Of a stretch of 64,000 nucleotides of DNA, positions 44,842 to 59,425 are shown one piece after another. A program made the translations under genes and the position numbers. Location of the stretch: NCBI GenBank assembly GCA_951406725.2, contig OX597817.1, forward strand, positions 138,694,001-138,758,000, read 5' to 3'. The notes under the pieces are model-generated. The model was not told where the DNA came from. It did not search any database and was given only the letters and a program-made list of their open reading frames with translations. Source of the DNA: Octopus vulgaris (Eukaryota). How positions within the stretch are numbered: the stretch's first letter is position 1; the number at the start of each line of letters is the position of its first letter.

Positions 44842-45054
44842 ACAATTGCAGCGTGGAAGGTGTTTATAAGCCATTTAAGAAACACACCAAAGCCGTTCGA
44901 TTCACGGAGATGCAGCACGGACTTTGTCAGTAAACAGGTCGCGGATTTTAGCGACGAAAATGTTTTGACAAATTAAACTTAAATGTTGAAGTGAATCGAA
45001 CGGCTTTTGTGTGTTTCTTAAATGGCTTATAAACACCTTCCACGCTGCAATTGT
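44842..45054. repeat. 64-bp inverted repeat enclosing a decayed hammerhead-shaped motif
   Basis: Arms 44842-44905 and 44991-45054 (one mismatch). 44923-44972 reads TTTGTCA-GTAAACA-G-GTCGC-loop-GCGAC-GAAAATGTTT-TGACAAA. Confidence 0.8.
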
Positions 45055-45080
45055 ATATATATATATGTATATGTATATAT

Positions 45081-45176
<96 letters not shown>

Positions 45177-45178
45177 GT

Positions 45179-45290
<112 letters not shown>

Positions 45291-45301
45291 GTATGTATAT
45301 G

Positions 45302-45362
<61 letters not shown>

Positions 45363-45363
45363 G

Positions 45364-45460
<97 letters not shown>

Positions 45461-45591
45461 GTATATTTATATATATATGTATATATATATATGTATATAT
45501 ATATATATGTATATATATATATGTATATATATATATGTATATATATATATATGTATATGTATATATATGTATATGTATATATATATATATG

Positions 45592-45623
<32 letters not shown>

Positions 45624-45685
45624 TATGTATATGTATATATATATATGTATATGTATATATGTATATGTATATATATGTATATTTG

Positions 45686-45762
<77 letters not shown>

Positions 45763-46099
45763 AGATAGATAGATAGATAAATGAGAGACAGCTATTCTCC
45801 GTATAAAATACACTTCGTAGTGCTCAAGAGGTTTAAACTGGAGCATGCAGAGGAGTAAATGTAAGGACAAGCAAGTGAGGCAAGTCGATATACAAATGAA
45901 TATTAAATACATTTTGTATAATGTTAAACTCGCCCACACATACATTCACGTGCACTCGTCCCCATACACCCTCACACACACCATTCTCACATACACAGAT
46001 CCGCTTGCGCACCCTAGTTCTGCCGGGTTACCGTTATTATCTACCTTTCACTCAGCCGCTTTCTTTCCGTTCATTTCATCATGTTGAACCGATAATCCC

Positions 46100-47159
46100 A
46101 ACACAACCAGATAAACTCCTAAAATTCAAAAACCTATTGAACAGCATCAACCCAAATATACAGTTCACAATGGAATACAACCAAAAGGAGCTTCCATTCT
46201 TAGATATACTAATTAAAAAAATTAACCTTAAAATAGAAACAGACATTTTTTACAAAGCCACAGGCGCCAAACAATACCTACTTTTTGACTCATGCCACCC
46301 AAGACACACTAAAACAAACATCCTTTTCAACCTTGCAATAAGGATATGCACAATAGTGTCAGAACAAAATACCAGGAACTTTAGACTACAAGAACTCAAA
46401 AACAACCTAATTGACAGACACTACCCAGTTCAACTCATAGGTGATGGGATCAGACGTGCAACAGAAATCGACATAGAAACTTTGAGAAAAGTTCAACACA
46501 ACAACACACCTTACCCGAAAATACTGCCTTACATATCCACATACAACCCCAGAAACAAAGAAGCCTTCACCATCATCACCCAGAATTTATCAATACTTCA
46601 TAAGGACCCCAAATTAAAGGACATTCTAAACATACATAAAATCATTAAAAGCTACAAACAACCTAAATCACTTAAAAAGATTCTCACAAAGGCAAAATTG
46701 TTTTCTGAAATTACAGATGCAAAAGTAAAAAAATGTGGTTGACCAAACTGCGCAACATGCCCAAACCTTCTAGAAGGATCAGAATTCCTTTTCAAAGAGG
46801 GACAAAAGTTCAAGATCAGATCTAATTTTACTTGTGCTTCTGAAAACATAATTTATGTCATAAGGTGCTCGGGCTGCCACCAAAACTACGTAGGGTCCAC
46901 GGGATTATCACTCAGACGTAGATGCACTCTGCATCGACAACAGATTGCATTCCCAGAATACAGAATGATACCCTTTAGTGAGCATATTGAGAAATGCGCA
47001 AAGCAACTACTACCACAATTTTTAATCTTTCCATTCTATCAATGTGCTATTGGAACACCAACACAAATTAGATTAAACAAGGAAACATTCTTCATTGAAA
47101 AATATAAGCCTGAACTTAACCATTCTAACATTCTTATACAGAGAAACTCATCCCATTAA
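46100..47159 (+). mobile_element. Penelope-like element, 5'-truncated: RT C-terminus, Cys linker, GIY-YIG endonuclease; one in-frame stop
   Basis: LNSINPNIQFTME..LPFLDILI..YK.T....YL.FDSCHP. Reading through TGA 46740-46742 gives CG*PNCATC...TCASENIIYVIRCSGC...YVGST...R...H, and ORF 46965-47159 is in the same frame (E.FFI.KYKPELN). Confidence 0.88.
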
Positions 47160-47443
47160 ATAAGGGAAAAGAAATATAAAGCAATAATCTCCCTTATACC
47201 GGAAGAAATCGCTTATTACCTCCCCCTGCCTGGAACTCTTCTTTGCACTGCATAATGAAAACATGACACGATGTAGGTAAAGACATTTGAGAAATTTGAA
47301 AAGTTAACATGAAACCGGTAATTTCTTCAAATGCTATGTTACTATATGAAAAATTTTTATAACATTCTTCTAACATAACGACTTAAATATATTCTTTAAC
47401 CTTATAAAACAAGCCTTCTGTAGTTTTTTCACTCTTTTCTATT

Positions 47444-47482
<39 letters not shown>

Positions 47483-47592
47483 ACTTACTTGGAAAAGGAT
47501 GCGTGGCGTTCGATCATATAACAATATAAATAATATATAAATATATGCATATATGCGTATATATATATACCTGCATATGTATATATGGGTGT

Positions 47593-47659
<67 letters not shown>

Positions 47660-47662
<3 letters not shown>

Positions 47663-47765
47663 TTAAATCCTTAAAAATATTTCAGCCCAAAAGCTGCGGC
47701 CATGCTGAGGCACCACTGTTGAATGTGCTACACTGGTATGTGAAACCACCACTGATACGTGGCAC
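47660..47765 (-). mobile_element. LINE extreme 3' end fragment
   Basis: Matches 34243-34340 (CCTTAAAAAT..TTCAGCCC..GCGGCCATGCTG..GCACCAC). Confidence 0.75.
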
Positions 47766-47768
47766 ACA

Positions 47769-48220
47769 TACAGGCTGTCTCAAAAATGTATATATATTTC
47801 AACAGCTGATAATTCGATTTTCTGTTCTTTTTACGTTGAACCTGTAAGAAATAATGGAGGAAGTCGGACTAAGCTTTGAACAATTTCGTTTTCAAATTCC
47901 AATTTCAAATTTTATTCTTAAGAGTTGCTGGAAGTTTGGAAATGGTATGAAAGAGCAAACACAATCTAGGAGGGAGTCTCAAACAGTTTCGCCCTAACTG
48001 ACCGACCATCAGTTGAATACAAGGTTGACCTAAAACTGATGGAACTGTTCAGAATGTATACAAGAAATGCTCCTGATGACCATGGACATCGACAAGCCCC
48101 ACAAAACTAGGAGACACTTATTGCTATAAATTCAAGAAAACCTGCTCATCGAGGAAGTCATTGGATAGGGATTTCAGAATCAATGACACATTCCAAGAAT
48201 AGGCCATGATTTTCTTTGCA
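47769..48220 (+). mobile_element. Degraded Tc1/mariner-type 5' end
   Basis: TA|CAGGCTGTCTCAAAA terminus and remnant peptide (TDGTVQNV.KK) resembling a transposase N-terminal HTH. Confidence 0.35.
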
Positions 48221-48242
48221 TACTTCATACATACATACATAT

Positions 48243-48405
48243 CTGCCCCCAAATCCTGAAAGACCTACATGGGATGGATGTAGGTGACTTGAAAACAAAA
48301 GTGGATCTCCTCCTGGCGGTAGGAAACGCATTTGGGAGCAGCAACATGAAATTTATAGTGAAAGCGTGGTGCCCCAGCATCACCGTAGCTCTCGAGCTGA
48401 AACTA
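48243..48405 (+). mobile_element. LINE 3' fragment with deletion
   Basis: [16 protein letters not shown] remnant and GGTGCCCCAGCAT...GCTGAAACT 3' motif. Confidence 0.7.
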
Positions 48406-48425
48406 GTAATACACACACACACACA

Positions 48426-48505
<80 letters not shown>

Positions 48506-48642
48506 ATATATGTATGTATGTATGTATATATGTATGTATGTATGTATATATATATATATGTATGTATGTATGTATATATATATGTATGTATGTATATATA
48601 TATATATACGTATGTATGTATATATATATATATATAAGTATG

Positions 48643-48687
<45 letters not shown>

Positions 48688-48960
48688 ATATATATGTATG
48701 TATGTATATATATATATGTATGTATGTATATATATATATATATGTATGTATGTATATATATATATGTATGTATGTATATATATATATGTATGTATATATA
48801 TATATATGTATGTATGTATATATATATGTATGTATGTATATATATATGTATGTATGTATATATATATATATGTATGTATGTATATATATATGTATGTATG
48901 TATATATATATGTATGTATGTATATATATATATATATATATGCATGTATGTATGTATATA

Positions 48961-48996
<36 letters not shown>

Positions 48997-49002
48997 TGTA
49001 TA

Positions 49003-49035
<33 letters not shown>

Positions 49036-49246
49036 ATATATATATATGTATATATGTATATGTATGTATGTATGTATATATATGTATGTATGTATGTATG
49101 TATATATATGTATGTATGTATGTATGTATATATATATGTATGTATGTATATATATATATGTATGTATGTATGTATATATATGTATGTATGTATGTATATA
49201 TATATATGTATGTATGTATGTATGTATATATATATATGTATGTATG

Positions 49247-49297
<51 letters not shown>

Positions 49298-49301
<4 letters not shown>

Positions 49302-49488
49302 AGAGTTTATGCAAAAAACAAAAGACGAAGACAGGTAGAGTACAAAACAAACAGATGTATTAGTATAACGCTCAGGAATAGAAAAAGTTTTTTACGTTTC
49401 GAGCCTCCGCTCTTCTAAAGAAAGGGACACAGAAAAAAAACAACCAAAACTTGTCAACGGAGGACATTGATGATGGTTGGGTGTGCAC

Positions 49489-49539
<51 letters not shown>

Positions 49540-49601
49540 TGTTGTTGTTGAAAAGGATGACATCGTCCATATAAAAAACAAATGTGTGTAGTGGCTAACG
49601 A

Positions 49602-49605
<4 letters not shown>
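49298..49605 (-). mobile_element. Family X element with decayed hammerhead (49390-49423) and a 130-bp foreign insertion
   Basis: Matches 13561-13737 except that 49444-49571 is inserted. Confidence 0.75.
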
Positions 49606-49652
<47 letters not shown>

Positions 49653-49654
49653 TG

Positions 49655-50050
49655 TACAAAATGTTCCTGATATATTCACAATATTTGAAGATATTTCTCA
49701 GAATAAAAATTATCAATTACATAAAAAAAAAATTTAAAACAGAACGAAACGAATCTATTCAAAGAAAGTTTCCGTACATTTGCTTGAAAAGTTGACAGCG
49801 AAAGCACTAACACACAACACGCAAACGTCCTTCCAAAGGATTCGCATCATTCTGTTTATTTTAAAATCTATTTTAATAATTTTTACTTCTTTTAGGAAGA
49901 TCCATTATTCCGTGTTCAAAGAATTTCCTGTCTTAACTGGCGAGGAACACTTTCAGGTAAATTTTCACATTCTCTTCGGAGTTGAAGATTTGTCCATACA
50001 ACGAATTTGAGGGTGGAAGGTCGGGCGAATATGGAGGAGAAGATGAAACT
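49655..50050 (-). mobile_element. mariner transposase 3' remnant
   Basis: Minus-strand PPYSPDLPPSN resembles the mariner HPPYSPDLAPSD motif. Confidence 0.5.
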
Positions 50051-50279
50051 GGTATGTATATATACATAAGCGTGTTTGGGCATATATGTATGCATGTATG
50101 TACATATGTATGTATGTACATAAGTGTGTGGGAGCGTGCATGTATGTATGTATATGTACACGGATGTATATGTGTATATTTGTATGTATGTATGTGTGTA
50201 TGTATGTATGTGTATATGTATGTATGTTTGCATGTATGTATGTACGTATGTTTGTATGTATATATGTGTGTATATATAC

Positions 50280-50314
<35 letters not shown>

Positions 50315-50872
50315 AACGATTTGCATTTCCCAGCCTTGTTTCTATGGTTAACACACCTGACTTCAGACAACAAATAATGGCAGTACTTCCGGTTTTCCTT
50401 TTATTTTACTGTGATTTTATTTTTATTTTTCATATTTTATTTAACATTTATTTATTTTATTTTTGTTTATCTATTTTGCTTTTGATACTTTCTGTTGCAT
50501 GTTTAAATTTGTGAAGTTGGCATTTTTATAAATTTATGTGTATGATTATGTGTGTGTGTTTCGGTGAGATTGTGTGTGTGTGTATGTATGAGTGTATGCG
50601 TATGTCCATATGGTGTATGTTGGTGTTTCCATAAGTCCCTATGAGTGCCAACTTATATTCTTTTATACAGGTAATACAATCACAGGTATACAAAAAAAAA
50701 ACACAGATATGTGTGTATATATACACACACATACATACATGCATGCATTCTATATGTACATACACATATACATATGGGTATATGCATATATATATAAACG
50801 TGCGCGTATACACATGCATATATATACATAGACATATATGCATATATACGTATATGTATATATATATATATA

Positions 50873-51260
50873 GGCACAGGAGTGGCTGTGGGGTAAGTAG
50901 CTTACCTACAAACCACATGGTTCTGGGTTCAGTCCCACTGCGTGGAATCTTGGGCAAGTGTCTTCTGCTATAGCCTCGACCCGACCAATGCCTTGTGAGT
51001 GGATTTGGTAGACGGAAACTGAAAGAAGCCTGTCGTATATATGTATGTATATGTTTGTGTGTCTGTGTTTGTCCCTCTAGCATTGCTTGACAACCGATGC
51101 TGGTGTGTTTACGTCCCCGTCACCTAGCGGTTCAGCAAAAGAGACCGATAGAATAAGTACTAGGCTTACAAAGAATAAGTCCCGAGGTCGATTTGCTCGA
51201 CTAAAGGCGGTGCTCCAGCATGGCCGCAGTCAAATGACTGAAACAAGTAAAAGAGTAAAG
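50873..51260 (+). mobile_element. Full-length SINE family A
   Basis: GGCACAGGAGTGGCTGTGGGGTAAG (A box), GGTTCAGTCCC (B box), LINE-like 3' end. Confidence 0.9.
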
Positions 51261-52398
51261 AGTATATATATATATATAGTGTGTGTGTGTGTATACATAT
51301 GTGTTTGTGTGCACTTATATGCATGAATACAAACACGTATGCAAACAACTTTTCGCTCAAATACATATTTTGTTTGCGAGCGAGAGATAGAGAGGGAATG
51401 TGTATGTATGTGTCTAGGAGTTCGAGTGGGTGTGCATGTGTGTGTGTGTCCTTGTGTAAGTTAATTCCAAATCAGATTTATATTCACCAAAGCTCTCTCA
51501 CCTTAATTAATGTATGCAAGTATACATACATAAAAACACATATGTATATATTTTATCTAGATATAGATGTCTTGCTTCGAGTTCTAAATTCTAACTATCT
51601 CTACCCATCTATCAAATATCTATCTACATATCTATCTACCTATCTTCCTATTTATCTACCTACCTACCTATTTATCTACCTACCTACCTACCTACCTACC
51701 TATCTACCTCCCTCCCTCCCTCCCTACCTACGCGAAGTGAGTGTAATCTCCATAAGAATCTATACCTAACCGTCACCGTACATTACCGTTACTGTAACAA
51801 TTACCTGCCACTCGTCTCTCTCTCTCTCTCTCTCCCTCCCTCTCTCTGTCTTTCTCTCTCTCTGTCTCATTCCCCACTGTTATCGTTTGATGAGGTGTTT
51901 GCTCCTTTCCTGACGTTTCCTATCACCATCACAACACCCCCACCATCACCACAGCCGCACCACTACTGGTGCTGTCACCACCGTCTCTTGTGCAGCCTCC
52001 GTCTCCACCGCCGCCGCCGCCGCCGCTGCTCTCTTCGCAAAACTCTTCCTTTATGGCGAATCGAAGTATTTTCTCCGAGAGTTGTGACCATCAACGTCCT
52101 AATGAGTCTCGTACACAACAGAACTGCCTCAACACATTATTCTTTGCTGTTCACTGGTCTTGACAGAAAGCAGCGTGTAAATCTCTCCCTCTCTGCTCTC
52201 CCTCCCTCTCTCCTTTCACTCGTCTTTACTTCACTGCCGCCATATTGCTCTTCCTTCCTCACCTTTCTTTCCCTCATACTGCACCTTACCTCCCCCTCCT
52301 CTCGCCTCCTCTCTCTTTCCCAATCTATCTATCTATCTATCTCCAGCTAATGCACCTGCTGCATACTGGATATTCTCGTCTGTCAAGAACAAACATAA

Positions 52399-52443
<45 letters not shown>

Positions 52444-53569
52444 CTTCCGGGGAGATTTCGGGCAGATGTTTTCGTTTCACTAATCACCTAAACAACTGCC
52501 GCCAGGGATTGAAACCGGATTTGATATTTATCTCCGCTTGACAAAACTGCCAACTTCCCTGACTTAACATTTTAGTGAGACTATTGCATCGTAACGACGA
52601 TGACAACAACAACAGCAATAATATCAGCAATTTGTTTAATATATGAATTGTAGAATTGAGTAGCGTAAAGGTAATAATCCAACAGACCAAATCTGCGACA
52701 CGGTTTCGTTTCCTGGTTAAGGTGATTTTATAATAACCAGTTTAGTAAAGTTAATTAATGGCTGTGCATGTCATCCTAACTGCATTAAAAAAAAAGAAAA
52801 GAAATATTTGAAAATTTAATTTTTATACTAAAATATAATGGCTGACCATGAGCACTGTATTTAACGATTTTGGTTTTTTGGGGATATTTTGAGCGAATCA
52901 TAATTAGCTGGGGACATTGAGAAATGGTGTCCATTGCTCCTGAGACCCTAATCCACTAGTATCAAAATAAATTACTACTGGGAACTTGGTTTCGAATCTT
53001 AGCTGGAGCAATTTCAATTCCTTTGTGATACCAATGAAAATCGTAAAATCGTATTTTCCCATGCTACATTTTGCAAAATGTGTGTGTGTGTGTACATTTG
53101 CTGGAATTTCTATGAATTAAGGGAGAGAATCGCTTGTAACTCTCCTTTTCTGATGTTGAGAAATCATTATGAATGAGTAAAAAGAGCATGCCTATATTCT
53201 CTCGGGGCCGTGGACAGAAGCATTTAGTCCTATTTTGGGGCTCTTCTGCACGACATAGCACAATATTTTGAAATTAGTTAATCTAAATACATTTAAAAAT
53301 CAAAACCGATCTGTTTCCTTTGTTCCTATTCTTGTAATAGAGAAAAGAGAGGAAGAAAAATAGAGATAGAGATAGAGGGAGAAAAACGCCATGCATGTTT
53401 TTGAAGTGTACATATTCATATACATACATACAAACATACACATACATACAACATGAATGATGAAAGACAAGCTGTTTTATATAATATCCAAGCATTACTA
53501 AAAATGATGACATAACTGGTTTTTACATCTGTTCCTTTTTTTTTATTCTTCCTTGACTTGTTGCGTTCC

Positions 53570-53830
53570 TTATAACCAATTCTTGTTCTGCTGGACCTTT
53601 TTGCCCTCCCATGATTAGGACGTTTGATCCTGTCTCCTCTCATCACCAACGAACTTCTACGGATTCTCAAGCTGGACTTTCTACACTTCGGCTGCACCCC
53701 TCCTGCCTAGAGATGACACTGGACTCCTCTGTAGATGGAAAAAGGCCAGGTTCGAGCTCTAATGCAGTTTCTCTTTTTCATGCTTCTCATGATGCTTTCT
53801 CAAAATGGGACGTACTACAAAATGTTTTGA
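53570..53830 (+). mobile_element. Possible RTE-clade LINE C-terminal remnant
   Basis: L.FLHFG...LEMTLDSSVDGKRPG resembles the RTE L.yFGH...G.veGkR.rGRP region. Confidence 0.3.
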
Positions 53831-53914
53831 TAAATGCAGTTCTAAGATAACCACAAAAAGAAACCCACCGGCATTCTTTCACACACCTACAAAAGAAGCG
53901 CTTTATTTCCCGAT

Positions 53915-54127
53915 ATTGGATTCAGATTTTGGTACAAGGCCAGCTATTGTGGGGGTGGGGTAAGTCGATAACATTGATCCCCAGTGTTCGATTAGTACTT
54001 ATTTTATCGATGCCGAAATAATGGAAGGCTAAGTCGACCTCGGTGGAATTTAAACTCAGAACGTGAAGACGGACGAAATGCCGCTGAGCATTTTCTCCGG
54101 TACCCGTAACGATTCCGCCAGCTCGCT
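53915..54127 (-). mobile_element. SINE family B
   Basis: AAGTCGACCTCGGTGGAATTTAAACTCAGAACGT...CCGCCAGCTCGC. Confidence 0.8.
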
Positions 54128-54905
54128 GTCTTTTTCTTCTCAATAATAACTTAGGTAATACAAATATAAAAATTAAATTGTTAAAATTTAATTCAAATCT
54201 AACCATAATTGAAAATCGATATTAACGTGGATTGATTTTAAAACTAACTGTTGGTTTGCATTAAGCATATATCAAATATAAATTTCATTTGGTTATATTT
54301 CACCTCAAATAATTTAAATAATAAATTGAAACATTCTTAGCAATAAAATGAGAAGAAAACTCTTGTTTTTCGATCGATGCTATCAAAATAGAAGTTAAAC
54401 TATAATCGAAGTGCAGAGCAGAACAGAAGTTTTTAGTTCAAGAATCTGAAAAGAAATGAATTAATGTCTTTTAAGTGGACACCAAATGTGACGAAAAGGG
54501 AAGAAAGAGTGGGAGGGAGTCAAAGTGTCTGTCATTTTAGTGTTTGTTGCAGTGATAAAAGGAAATAGCTTCAACGAAGACTAGAGACTGTGTCACTTCT
54601 TCGACACATCTGTAACTTTCTATTTTTTTGTCTTTTTACTGCGCGGCGTTCACTTCTCGTTTAAAACTAAATTGATAAGGTTAAAAGTTGAAATGAAAGG
54701 GTAAATAATCTTTTCAGTAGGAATTATATGAGATGATCTTCACAGCTTCTTACGTAGAGCTTTTCAACGTTAAAATTCTGATCAATTTATGAATGAATCA
54801 AGTCCTCAGTTGAATAGCATCTTGAAATGAATCTTATAAACTGGCTGCTAGATAATGGATGAGATTTGTCGAGAATAGGAAGACAAAGCTAAAGGGTATT
54901 CGTTA

Positions 54906-54988
<83 letters not shown>

Positions 54989-55924
54989 AGAGAGAGAGAG
55001 TATGGATGTATTCACGTAGTATGTAGTATGTCTATATGTTTGTCAGTATGTAAGTATGCACATATGTATGAATGTGTATATGTCCGTTTGAGAAGGTAGG
55101 TGCCTATAAATGCGAATGGTGGTGGGAAGAATTGATGAAGATTTAAAACACATCGATCAGTTTCTTCAGTACTTACCGATTCCTCTGAATATTAACGCAA
55201 AGTATGAGGCATCTATCCAATTTAGTTTACGTCAAATCATGTATATTAGCCAACCAAAACTTGTCAACGGAGGACATTGGTGATGGTTGGGTGTGCACAG
55301 TAGTAGTAGTAGTAGTAGTTGTTGTCGTTGAAAAGGATGACATCGTCCATATAAGATAACACCATTAATAATAATCCACAGGAACTGGCAAATACTGTGG
55401 CCAGAGATTCAATTCTCTGCTGGATTTACTTCACCTACATCATCACGTCTTATTCCGGAATGGATAAACATCACAACTTCTGGTAGTCCTCTCTCTCTCT
55501 CTCTCTGCCTCTTTCTTTCTCTCTCGGGCCGTGATGGTGGCGACGGTGATGGTGTCGAAAATAACACTTGGCGGTCTTTTGTTGCTTCTGTTTATGTTCT
55601 GAACCGAAATTCCATCAGTCTGCTCTGCCTTCCGGTCCTTCTGAGGTTGAAAGAAATGAAATACCAGTCAAATAATGGGGGCGATTCATGTGAGTGAAAC
55701 TCGTCTCTCCCAAACACCCTCAAGCTGAGAATCCTGAACAAGTCTGTGATGTTTATGCTTTAAAAGTGTCAGGTTTTCCGCTTCTTCAACGATGGCCATC
55801 CTTCCTTCCAGTGATCAACAGTTGTACCTTCAGGTATTACCTTTGAAAGGCATCGTCATCGTCGTCGTCATTCGGGGTGCAGAAGCCATATTTCATCGTT
55901 GTGAAGGACGTGTCCTTTTAGTGA

Positions 55925-56200
55925 GACACATCTTGTGTGAAAGAGATGTTCGGGGTTGATCATGTTAAGGGAAAATCTTGTTTGGGGAAGGGTCTGTGTA
56001 GGATAGATCCTGCATAGGGTAGATTTTGTGTGGGGCAGACTTGAGTCGGGTAGATATCGTATGGGATAAATCTTGGGTGTGGTAGATTTTGACTCGAGTA
56101 CATCTTGTTCGGAGCAGCTCTTGCGTGAGTAGATCTTGTGGGTAGATTATGTGCGGACTAGATTTGTGTGGGGTAGAAATTGTATGGGGTAGATCTTGTG
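55925..56200. repeat. Degenerate about 20-bp minisatellite (GGGTAGATCTTGTGTG-like)
   Basis: About 13 imperfect units. Confidence 0.7.
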
Positions 56201-56711
56201 CAGCAGTAGTAGTAGTAGTAGTAGTGGCTGTTGTTTTAATTGATAATAATTATGAAAAGAAAAATGTTACAAAAATAACATCTGAGAATGAGACAGGGTG
56301 AGAGAGAGAAGTAAGAGTGAGCAAGGGAAAGAGAGGGGGAGTAAACATTAAGCGTTGCTCCAGTGTGGGCTTAGCTATATAACTCGTTGAAGCAAAGTAA
56401 GAGGCTCAACGATTTTAATAATTGCTAGAATTTTTAGAATCGACTTTTGGCATGAAAATAAACCAACAATCCAAGAATGACCGTCCATGATTACCAGAAC
56501 AGATACTAATGAACTGAAGACATCTTTAATTGATCCTAATAATTTCCGGTCACATTTCTGACAATTTCCAGTTGACGGAATGATTCCATTAGCTGGTTTT
56601 ATCTCTATTGGTTTACATGAGGTAGAACTGGCATACATCGGAGATAATAGCGAAAACGTTAATCCAGTGGTATTGAAGCGATAATACCCGAATTATACAA
56701 GAAAATAGGGG

Positions 56712-57160
56712 TTCCAAAATTTTTGCACAAGACCAGCAATTTCGTGGCGTTGGAGGTAAGTCGATAACATCGACTCCAGTATTCCACAGGTACTTATTTT
56801 ATCGACTCCGAAAAGACGAAAGGCCAACTTGACCTTGACCAATTTGAACTCAGAACGTAAAGACGGGCGAAATACATATTTCTTTACTACCCACAAGGGG
56901 CTAAACACAGAGGGGACGAACAAGGACAGACAAACGGATTAAGTCGATTATATCGACCCCAGTGCGTAACTGGTACTTAATTTATCGACCCCGAAAGGAT
57001 GAAAGGCAAAGTCGACCTCGGCGGCGGAATTTGAACTCAGAACGTAACGGCAGACGAAATACGGCTACGCATTTCGCCCGGCGTGCTAACGTTTCTGCCA
57101 GCTCGCCGGGAGAAATACTGCTAAGCATTTTGTCCAGCGTGCTAACGATACCGCCAGCTT
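56712..57160 (-). mobile_element. SINE family B (56877-57107) nested within an older family B copy
   Basis: The outer copy is split at GAAATAC, which is duplicated at 56870 and 57112. Confidence 0.85.
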
Positions 57161-57844
57161 GCTACCCTATGCACTCAGAAAAGTATTAGCTGAATCTGCA
57201 CTCTGACCATTATAAACCAGTCTGCACTCATATCATTATAGATCTGATCTCATAGAATGTAAGCACCTTGCCCTCTATTTACACGAGGAGGAGACAGAAC
57301 TTGTAAGACAGGGTTATTCTCCATTCCAAAACGTTGTCTCTTTGATGTCTGAGAGATAAAAAAAAAAAACCTGTAAAAGAGATCATTGCCGCTGCAGTGG
57401 TTCGCTTCTATTTGTCGAAATCACCCACACAATGGACAGATGCTGGACTCCGTAACGGGATTGTTATGAATTTCCAGATAAGCTGGGTGGAATTTCACGA
57501 TCTGAAGACAAAATATAGAACTGAGGGATTAAATAAGGAAGGACGCAGTGGCCTTAAATCAAAAGTCAGTACTGTGAAGAGCGGAGCCGACGTCTCGATT
57601 TCAATCTCTGTATGCAACCATTTTATTTTGCATCTGTTGCTTAAGTAAATAGTTAAACTATGTCTGTGACAGTTTCCCACCTATAAAATCTTACAACTTT
57701 CTGCTGATTTGGCAAATGAAAGACCATATTTGATGATTTCCTTAAACTTGGTTCTCAATTTCTGTTGCATCAGTCTGCCACAAAAACTGGCCCTAAGCTC
57801 TGCACTAACAATTCTTAAACTTTTCCATCTCTATCCTTCTCCTC

Positions 57845-57895
<51 letters not shown>

Positions 57896-58027
57896 TCTCC
57901 CTTTCAATTTTCTGAAACTGCAAGGATGCAGGAAAAAAGATGTAGAAGACAATGTTTTTCAACACTGTATGTGTATAAACACACACTGTATGTGTATAAA
58001 CACACACACATACACACACACAATACA

Positions 58028-58111
<84 letters not shown>

Positions 58112-58113
<2 letters not shown>

Positions 58114-58343
58114 CAAGGTGGCTCAAAAGTAGGTTTCAAGTTATTCAACTATCCCTTTCGCATTCGCATATTAACAGTTTAGATCGTAATTATAAAAAAG
58201 ATATGAAACCATCATTCTCTGCCAATTTAGTTAATTTTGTCAAGCTCCCTTTTCAGTTTGTAAGATAGAAATTTAAATGTAATAAAATGTTTTAAAAGAA
58301 ATTTAAAGTGCCTACGTGATAACTGTAAACCTACTTTTCGGCC

Positions 58344-58350
<7 letters not shown>
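58112..58350. mobile_element. Tc1/mariner-type MITE
   Basis: TIRs TACAAGGTGGCTCAAAAGTAGGTTT and AAACCTACTTTTCGGCCACCTTATA, in a TA context. Confidence 0.7.
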
Positions 58351-58394
<44 letters not shown>

Positions 58395-58399
<5 letters not shown>

Positions 58400-59425
58400 C
58401 TTAGACAAACTTAAACATATTTCGACCAAAGATTGGTCCAGGCCATGTCTAACTTAATAGCACCACCTGATAGAATTATCTAAATCCTTTTTAAGTTAAG
58501 TTTTGTGGTATCGCGATCCTTTCGAGTAGGGAGTTCTTGTTGAGTGAGTTGTATCCAAGTATGGGTGACTTATCTGGTATTCATTGAAGAAATTTGTCCA
58601 GATTCCGTTTAAAGGTGATGGGATCCTTTTCCTCTTTGATTTATTTCGGGACAATGTTAAATAGGGCAGGGTCTGTTGAGGAAAAGAAATTGTGTTGCAT
58701 TGTATTTATGTATTGTGATCCTAAATTGTGTAAGGGACGTATGGTCTGTGGTCCTAGCCTTGGATGGATTTTGAAGCTCATGTTGAGGTCGTTTGGGCAA
58801 TGCTGGCGGTATATTCTCCACATCGTGCAAAAGATGTATCGTTCACGGCGGCGCTGGAGAGAGTAGATTTCCAATACTTTAAGGCGGTCCCAATAATCGA
58901 GATCAGTCATGCCCTTAATTCGTTTAGTGAGTACCCTCTGGGGTGATTCAATTTTCTAGATGTTTTGTTTTGTATGGGGACACCACAGGGGGTAGCAATA
59001 TTCGAGGTGTGGCCGTACAAAAGAAGAGAAAAGAGGAATGATGACACCTTGTTCTCTGGACCGGAAGGTTCTTAGGATCCAGGAGCTAATCCTAAGAGCT
59101 ATATCCACCTTATTGTTGATGTGGGCACTCCAGCTGAGATTGTTATCAACAATTACTGCTACGTCCCTGATATTGTTAGATGTTGTGAGTGGTTCTCCTG
59201 AAAGAAGAGAGTACGGCCGTTTTAGCAAAGTCTTTTTCCCAAAATGCATCAGATCAAATTTTCCTTCGTTTAGGTGCATTTTGTTTTTGTCTGCCCATTC
59301 ACTCACAGCATATAGATCACACTGGAGTTGTGTACAGTCTTCTTAGTCGATGATTTGCTGGAGCTTAGAGCTATCAGCAAAAATTTTCACTTTGCTGTGT
59401 TTTATGACGCTGGAAAGGTCGTTTA
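58395..59425 (-). mobile_element. CR1/L2-group LINE 3' fragment, different subfamily
   Basis: IFADSSK, WILRTFRSR, VRPHLEYC and YSLQRRRERY in broken ORFs 58956-59306 and 58641-58910. Confidence 0.88.

Noticed and set aside
55770-55835. Possible small host exon (AG...GT bounded)
   Set aside because: Weak splice signals and no recognisable peptide; it cannot be supported without transcript data.
56375-57680. Short unique-sequence ORFs (56375-56638, 57397-57648)
   Set aside because: No recognisable motifs; lengths are compatible with chance.
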